A DNA stretch of 64,000 nt from an uncultured Coriobacteriia bacterium (GTDB lineage Bacteria; Actinomycetota; Coriobacteriia; Coriobacteriales; QAMH01): NCBI GenBank assembly GCA_902475535.1, contig CABRZR010000006.1:22720-86719 (forward strand), in the 5' to 3' direction. This document shows, piece after piece, positions 59,140 through 64,000 of this stretch; position 1 is the stretch's first letter; each line of letters opens with the position of its first letter. The position numbers and the translations under genes were made by a program. The notes below the pieces were generated by a model. That model saw only the letters and a list, made by a program, of their open reading frames with translations, was not told the origin of the DNA and did no database searches.

Positions 59140-60462
59140 CTAGGAAGCGGCACCGATGCGCGTGATATCCGCCTCCTCGACGGCCCGCTTGGCCGCCTTG
59201 AGCCTGAGGGCCGCACAACGTGCGGCATAGATTCTGCCGTCCCTGTTGAAGTCGGCATGCGCGATATTCGCGTTTCCGGGCGCAATGGATTCGAAGAACG
59301 CGTTGAGGTCATCCTCTTCCACGACAAGCCCCTTGTGCTTCGCGTACGCATTCATCGCAAATTGCCTGTTGAGCTGCGTTCTCACCTGGAGCATGAGGGC
59401 GTTGGAGAGCTCTTCCTGCGTCATGCCCTGGGCTGCAAGGAACTCGTCGAGCGTCTGGTTCTCCGATTGAAGCTTCCAGTTGAGGTTCTCGCGCGCCTCC
59501 TTCATCGCGACGCCGTAGATGAGATCGGGGATATCGCCCACGATGCGCTTGGCGAGCTCGTTGCCCGCGAGCATTTGCGCGCTTCTCTGGAAGTCGTCTT
59601 CGTGTTGGGAGCGAATCTTCTCCTCAACCTCGGCCCTGAGTTGCTCGAGGCTCTCGATGCCCGGTTTCGTGCTTCGCGCCCAGGCATCATCCGGCTCGGG
59701 TGCGACCGACTTGATGATGCGTTTGACGGTCACCGTCGTCTCGTAGCTATCCATTTTCACGTTGCCATCGGCATCCGGAACGATATCGGGGCCCTCGAAG
59801 CCGAAGGTCTTGGTCTCGCCCACCTTCATGCCGATGATGGCCTCGTCAAAATCATCGGGCATGGCAAATGCGCCGGTCGTATACTCGCGACCATCGGTGC
59901 ACAGCGTCTTGACGGGAGCGCCGTCCATGGTGGTCTGCATGGCAAGCTCGACCTTATCGCCTTTCATGACCTCGTCGTGACTCGTGTCGGTCATGCCCGT
60001 GGCGGCAAACTGCACCATGCGATCTATCTCTGCGTCGATCTCCTCCGTCTTGACCTCGTACGAGGGAACGGAGATGGAGACCGGATCGTAGCTCTCGAGC
60101 TCGTACTCGGGAACGGGTACGCAAACGAGCTGGTACTTGAATGGCTTTCCGATTTGAGCATGCTCCGAGCAGCGGTACACGGGCGCGCCGATGGTGTCCA
60201 CGCGCTCGGCCGTCAAGGCAAAGGGCGCGCGCCTGCGCATGATGCCCTCATCTATGAGAAACGATGCCTCGGAAGCCCCCACCAGGTTTGCCAGAAACTC
60301 CGACGGGGTCACCCCGGATGCCTTGAGGTCATCTTGGCCAGCGCCCCTCTTGGCAATCTCGTTTCCGGCCGCACGTTGCATTTCCTCGGCTGTCTCGGCA
60401 GGCGAAAGCTCCACCAGCAACTCGAGTTTGCCGTCCTTTTCCCTGACCTTCTCTACCTTCAT
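59140..60462 (-). CDS. Trigger-factor-like chaperone (N domain + FKBP-type PPIase + C-terminal arm domain), lacking the canonical ribosome-docking signature
   Basis: 440-aa ORF. A TF-like order of domains can be seen, including an FKBP-like segment (GDKVELAMQTTMDGAP...FDEAIIGMKVGETKTF). I could not find the TF signature G-F-R-x-G-x-x-P in the N-terminal domain. Confidence 0.65.
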   Translation of the reverse strand: MKVEKVREKDGKLELLVELSPAETAEEMQRAAGNEIAKRGAGQDDLKASGVTPSEFLANLVGASEASFLIDEGIMRRRAPFALTAERVDTIGAPVYRCSEHAQIGKPFKYQLVCVPVPEYELESYDPVSISVPSYEVKTEEIDAEIDRMVQFAATGMTDTSHDEVMKGDKVELAMQTTMDGAPVKTLCTDGREYTTGAFAMPDDFDEAIIGMKVGETKTFGFEGPDIVPDADGNVKMDSYETTVTVKRIIKSVAPEPDDAWARSTKPGIESLEQLRAEVEEKIRSQHEDDFQRSAQMLAGNELAKRIVGDIPDLIYGVAMKEARENLNWKLQSENQTLDEFLAAQGMTQEELSNALMLQVRTQLNRQFAMNAYAKHKGLVVEEDDLNAFFESIAPGNANIAHADFNRDGRIYAARCAALRLKAAKRAVEEADITRIGAAS

Positions 60463-60464
60463 GC

Positions 60465-61226
60465 CTACCTCCCCATGACGAAGCCGAAGTCGTCTGATTG
60501 CTCTGCACCGGGAAGGACGCCGTTGACAATCGCGGTATCGACGATGCGTCTCATGACCTTGATGCGAACGGCGGCCCTACGGGCGTTTTCGACCTGGTCC
60601 TTCTCGCGTATTTCAGCAAGGAAGGCTTCCGGATCGGGAGCCGAGAGATACTCCGTCAGCTCGTGGTTGCCCACCTGCGTGCCCAGCACGTTGGCCATGA
60701 GATCGAGGGCGACGTTGAGCTTGAGCTGGTAGATCGCCTCGTCGCGGAGCTTGGCCTCATATTGGTCGGCGGTCATGTGCTCTTCGCGCAAGAACTGCTC
60801 GAAGCTCATGTGCATGCCGTCCAGAAGGCGCTGGTTGTTCTCGCGCATGAAATCGACGTTGTTCTGGATGATGTCCTCGGGGACCTCGCCCTCCAGCCTG
60901 TCGATGAGCGCCTCGCAGCAGTTCTGGAGCTTTACATCATTGAGCTGGTACTCCATCTCCTTGTCATATTGGTCTTTGATGGACTGGCGAACGTCTTGCA
61001 CCGTCTCGAGACCGTCGAAGTTATCGCGCACCCATGCATCGTCCAAATCGGCGATGCTCTGGATTTGCTTGCCTCCGCTTATCACGTATTCGAACAGCTG
61101 TGCATCGATGTCCTCTTCCGTTATGGAAGGAGGCTCGGGCATCTCGATGCGTATGTTGTCGTAGTCGTTGAGCTTGAAGTCCGCCATATCAAGGTTCTTC
61201 AGTTCGGCAGAATCGGACATGGTCAC
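60465..61226 (-). CDS. Trigger-factor C-terminal-domain-like protein (no PPIase domain)
   Basis: 253-aa ORF whose stop lies 2 nt before the next start; the RBS GGGGAGG for the downstream gene lies inside its 3' end. It is a helical, acidic protein. Segments such as EEDIDAQLFEYV... and LNVALDLMANVLG resemble the TF linker/C-terminal arm region. Confidence 0.5.
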   Translation of the reverse strand: MTMSDSAELKNLDMADFKLNDYDNIRIEMPEPPSITEEDIDAQLFEYVISGGKQIQSIADLDDAWVRDNFDGLETVQDVRQSIKDQYDKEMEYQLNDVKLQNCCEALIDRLEGEVPEDIIQNNVDFMRENNQRLLDGMHMSFEQFLREEHMTADQYEAKLRDEAIYQLKLNVALDLMANVLGTQVGNHELTEYLSAPDPEAFLAEIREKDQVENARRAAVRIKVMRRIVDTAIVNGVLPGAEQSDDFGFVMGR

Positions 61227-61333
61227 CCTCCCCCATATTCGGCCTCCCGGAATGCGAGCATCCGAAAAGCCACCATTGCATCTTCACTACGCATGGTTAT
61301 ACAAAAGCCTTGAACCATAGTCGTGACCATGCG

Positions 61334-61373
61334 GGTACTAAATCTGGTACTAAGCCAGTACGCATTTAGTACC
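61334..61373. promoter_or_regulatory. 40-bp dyad region in the divergent promoter between the TF-like operon and the LuxR gene
   Basis: GGTACTAAAT (61334-61343) pairs with ATTTAGTACC (61364-61373) as a perfect 10-bp inverted repeat. TCTGGTACTA at 61343-61352 is identical to 52406-52415. Confidence 0.45.
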
Positions 61374-61475
61374 AAGAGCTATAGGCGTCTGGCATTGTTC
61401 GTAGTACATCCAAGGTGAGGAGAGCGCCTATCATATGGGTGTGCTAGTTCGAAAAGCAAGCGAGCGGGGGGACGC

Positions 61476-63113
61476 ATGGCTACTTCAGAACACGAGCAGC
61501 AAGACTCAAGCACCGTCAGGATTATCCTTATCAGCATTGGCTTTAGCTTGATGTTGGCATGGCATTACCTCATCCTGTTCTCTCCGGTATTCGGAGACAT
61601 CGGAGCTTTGGGAGAGGTCGACGGGGATTATCTGTTTGCCCGGCAGCTCACACTCTACATCATGATTGCGTTGGCCTTCGGCACCCTGTTGCTGCATGGC
61701 AGATGGCGCATGGCGCATCCAAAGCCTGATAGCCGTCGGACGGCATACATCTACATCATCGGCATGTTCTCGCTTGCCGTCGGAACCCTCTATGTTCTGG
61801 GGCCGCATCTGGAGCTTCCGTTCCCCGTGCGACTGGCTCTCATCGGCATACTTGGAGTATTGCAGGCAATCATGATGGTCCTCTGGATGCGATGCCTGAT
61901 GAAGCAGCATGATGGGCACGTGCTTTCCTCATTTGGCATCTACATGATTTCCGGAGGGACGATCGCCGTAATCGTTTGCTACTTCCAGTGGCCCATATCG
62001 CTTATCGCGGCAGTCATCCTTCCCTTTGCCTCCTCCCTCATCCTCGCATACATCAAGACGATGAACGTGCGCAGCGAAGAGAGAGGCGAATATGAGAAGG
62101 ACGGCAACGACGAGAACGGTCTCGGAGATGCCAATCATGAGGAGAACGGAAAATCTTCCATCCAGGAAGACAAGATCACGAAGGCAAGAAACGTCCGCCT
62201 CATTTTGTTCTCGGGCGTCTTTGCCTTTTCCTTTGGATTGCTCCAGGGATCGTTCATCATCGTGAACATCCCCATCCTCATCGTCACGAACGCCGCCGTG
62301 CTTCTTGGCCTCGTCTGCGCGGGCCTCATCATTCACCTGCTTCCTAAAAGCACCAGTGCGATTCTTGCCGTCGACCTCATGCATCGCTATTCCGTAATCC
62401 TCTTCATTACGGGCACAGCCGTGATCATGTGGTACAACATGGGCCGCTTCCCCATGGTCGTGTCGCAAATCGCCCTGCTCGCTGGTTTCAACCTCTTCGA
62501 TTTTGGCCTTTTCGTCTTTGGCGTCGAGGGAAACTGGAACATGAAGAACCAAGCTCCCGGTTGTGACCTCGCGCGTCCCGTCGTGTACCTCTCCATGTCG
62601 TTGGGTCTGCTCATCGGGTACCTTATCCTCAGGCTCACGCCAGGTTCCTCGATGTTCCAGTCTTTGCTTGTCATCTGCGGAGTCTGCATCATCATGATTG
62701 TCGCCACCACGCTCTTTCCCCTGCTCAGGCACAGTGGCAACAAGACCTCGAACACGGAGGAAGACGGCGAGGGAGCGCGTCTGGAGGGCTCTGTGACCAG
62801 TCCTGCGGTGATGAGCCTCTCCGCATTTCCCACATCGACGAGCACTCTGGAAGAACTCGAGTCCCGTCCGGTGTCGCCCTGGAAGAACGCTTGCCGCGAG
62901 ATTTCGGAACAATACAGGCTCTCCCCACGAGAGACCGAGATCTTCTTCCTCATCGCACGCGGTCGAAATGCGGATTACATACAGAAGGAGCTCGTCATCT
63001 CTCCGCACACCGCCAAGACCCATATCGCGAACATCTACCACAAGCTCGACGTCCACTCCGCGCAGGAGCTGCTCGATCTTGTCGAGGAATGCAAGTACGC
63101 GCGACGTGCCTAG
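61476..63113 (+). CDS. Polytopic-membrane LuxR-family transcriptional regulator
   Basis: 545-aa ORF with about 10-12 TM helices. The C-terminal LuxR-type HTH is LSPRETEIFFLIARGRNADYIQKELVISPHTAKTHIANIYHKLDV. Confidence 0.88.
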   Translation: MATSEHEQQDSSTVRIILISIGFSLMLAWHYLILFSPVFGDIGALGEVDGDYLFARQLTLYIMIALAFGTLLLHGRWRMAHPKPDSRRTAYIYIIGMFSLAVGTLYVLGPHLELPFPVRLALIGILGVLQAIMMVLWMRCLMKQHDGHVLSSFGIYMISGGTIAVIVCYFQWPISLIAAVILPFASSLILAYIKTMNVRSEERGEYEKDGNDENGLGDANHEENGKSSIQEDKITKARNVRLILFSGVFAFSFGLLQGSFIIVNIPILIVTNAAVLLGLVCAGLIIHLLPKSTSAILAVDLMHRYSVILFITGTAVIMWYNMGRFPMVVSQIALLAGFNLFDFGLFVFGVEGNWNMKNQAPGCDLARPVVYLSMSLGLLIGYLILRLTPGSSMFQSLLVICGVCIIMIVATTLFPLLRHSGNKTSNTEEDGEGARLEGSVTSPAVMSLSAFPTSTSTLEELESRPVSPWKNACREISEQYRLSPRETEIFFLIARGRNADYIQKELVISPHTAKTHIANIYHKLDVHSAQELLDLVEECKYARRA

Positions 63114-63319
63114 GGCAAGAGCACCCCTGACCGTGGCATCTAGTACCACGGGTGGTAAGGTGTCTTCTCTTTTTCATGACTATTTACCCCGTGCGGCTAT
63201 AAGGCCCGCGCGTGCATCCGTTCATAATCGACACCGCACGATTCGATTCGATTCCACAACAAGCAGCCGGCTGGACATGAGGAGATTCCCGTCGCGCGCG
63301 TGGAGGGAGGAAAGCACGC

Positions 63320-64000
63320 ATGGAAGAAATGACGGCATCCCAGATCAAGGGACGCAGGGCCCTGTACCTGACGTTATCGACGATAACGCTCCTGTTTCTA
63401 GGACTCATCTACGCATTTTCGATGTTTGCGGCGCCAATGTGCCAGGCATTTGGTCTAGAACGGGCGCAGATAGGCCTGACGTTCAACATCATGATGATAT
63501 TGTTCTGCATCGGAGCGGTCGTCGGCTCCCAGATCGAGAAGGCCCTTGGCGTCAAGGTGACGATCATAATCGGCGCCGTGCTCTTTGCCGCCGGATTCAT
63601 CGGGACCGCGTTGCTCGCACAGGGCAATATAACGATCGTCTACGTCTTCTACGGCGTCCTTGCCGGCACGGGCGTGGGCATCGGCTACAACTCCATCATC
63701 GCGACCACGAACGTCTGGTTTCCGGATAAGGTCGGCTTCTCGTCCGGTGTGCTCATGATGGGCTTTGGCCTTGGCTCGCTGATTCTGGGAACGCTTTCCG
63801 TGAACCTGTACAAGTCCGGCGTCGACCTGACGACGGTATTTCTGGGAATCGGCGTAGCCGGTGGTGTCGTGGCCGTCATCGCCGGCATCCTCCTGCGCAG
63901 GCCGCCCGCGAACATCGTCGAGCTCATGGCTCCCGAAAAGGCCGGCGAAGGTGGCTACGACCCCGCCGAGGATGACAAGGCCCTCAAGACGCCCCTGTTC
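63320..64000 (+). CDS. MFS transporter, OFA-like subfamily (5' part; continues beyond the window)
   Basis: I translated this by hand. ATG 63320 lies 9 nt after GGAGGGAGG, and the frame stays open to the window end (227 codons). The sequence runs MEEMTASQIKGRRALYLTLSTITLLFLGLIYAFSMFAAP...TTNVWFPDKVGF.... It is absent from the ORF track, which reports a shadow ORF in another frame (62968-63729). Confidence 0.8.
   Translation, partial: MEEMTASQIKGRRALYLTLSTITLLFLGLIYAFSMFAAPMCQAFGLERAQIGLTFNIMMILFCIGAVVGSQIEKALGVKVTIIIGAVLFAAGFIGTALLAQGNITIVYVFYGVLAGTGVGIGYNSIIATTNVWFPDKVGFSSGVLMMGFGLGSLILGTLSVNLYKSGVDLTTVFLGIGVAGGVVAVIAGILLRRPPANIVELMAPEKAGEGGYDPAEDDKALKTPLF

Noticed and set aside
59137-60732. 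531-aa ORF on the plus strand
   Set aside because: It is antisense to the two trigger-factor-like genes and spans their junction, which a real gene would not be expected to do. It has no motifs.
61929-63149. 406-aa ORF on the minus strand
   Set aside because: It is antisense to the membrane LuxR gene. Its highly charged, low-complexity translation marks it as a shadow ORF.
62968-63729. 253-aa plus-strand ORF spanning the LuxR 3' end and the next gene
   Set aside because: It overlaps the LuxR stop region in another frame. The real downstream gene is the hand-translated MFS frame starting at 63320, which has a strong RBS and clean TM-helix sequence.
52041-64000. 21-nt tandem DNA repeat considered as an independent repeat feature
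   Set aside because: It lies inside the zinc-ribbon paralog-2 ORF (about 52041-52082) and simply encodes the (A)PKAPGA low-complexity tail. It is not a separate element.
1-64000. Search for mobile elements, prophage, defence systems, tRNA/rRNA genes and CRISPR
   Set aside because: I saw no integrase, transposase, recombinase, restriction-modification, toxin-antitoxin or cas-like protein signature in any frame. I also saw no tRNA-like cloverleaf or rRNA segment, and no clear compositional island apart from short AT-rich promoter regions.

Overview
Visibly GC-rich bacterial chromosomal segment with about 60 protein-coding genes. I found no rRNA, tRNA, CRISPR array, transposase, integrase or phage genes. 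The gene content includes a polytopic-membrane LuxR regulator, a signal-less bis-MGD molybdoenzyme, Fe-S/flavin FadH-type ene-reductases, many SDRs and a bile-salt-hydrolase-type Ntn hydrolase. That mix fits an anaerobic gut actinobacterium of the Coriobacteriia/Eggerthellaceae type, but this is inference from gene content and cannot be verified here. Many long ORFs in the supplied track are antisense shadow ORFs typical of GC-rich DNA and were discarded. Gene order left to right: a GGDEF fragment; a PhoR/PhoP-like two-component pair with a Na/Pi cotransporter; a hybrid Cache-PAS histidine kinase with two receivers; the Ntn hydrolase; a stand-alone TrpB2-type enzyme behind a terminator-containing leader; a 2-copy tandem intergenic repeat; a flavin-reductase/rubredoxin fusion; an SDR; an LPG-synthase-TM-like membrane protein; a YdbS/YdbT-like PH-domain pair bracketed by copies of a palindromic element; an eRF1-like (baeRF-type) protein with a membrane-anchored partner; a membrane GGDEF cyclase; a divergent GHMP-kinase/GH2 pair with an MFS-CBS fusion transporter; CopA; and MerR-DUF554. 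Next comes the most interesting locus, at about 29.8-45.5 kb. It is an HxlR-associated reductive island holding two paralogous FadH/OYE-type Fe-S flavoenzymes, three SDRs, three paralogous tandem-EthD proteins, a BaiE-like SnoaL_4 protein, three transporters and a PNPOx-like protein. A 22-nt motif recurs four times in its promoter regions. The island resembles the bai, equol and chalcone-isomerase/enoate-reductase pathways but matches none of them. After it come an LctP-family transporter / mini-ferredoxin / cytoplasmic molybdopterin oxidoreductase operon bracketed by paralogous zinc-ribbon mini-proteins; a co-directional run of a third zinc-ribbon Cys-rich protein, an acidic repeat mini-protein, two tandem paralogous membrane proteins and a methyltransferase-RimI fusion; an aldo-keto reductase; HtpG with two trigger-factor-like proteins; the membrane LuxR regulator; and a partial OFA-type MFS gene at the window edge.
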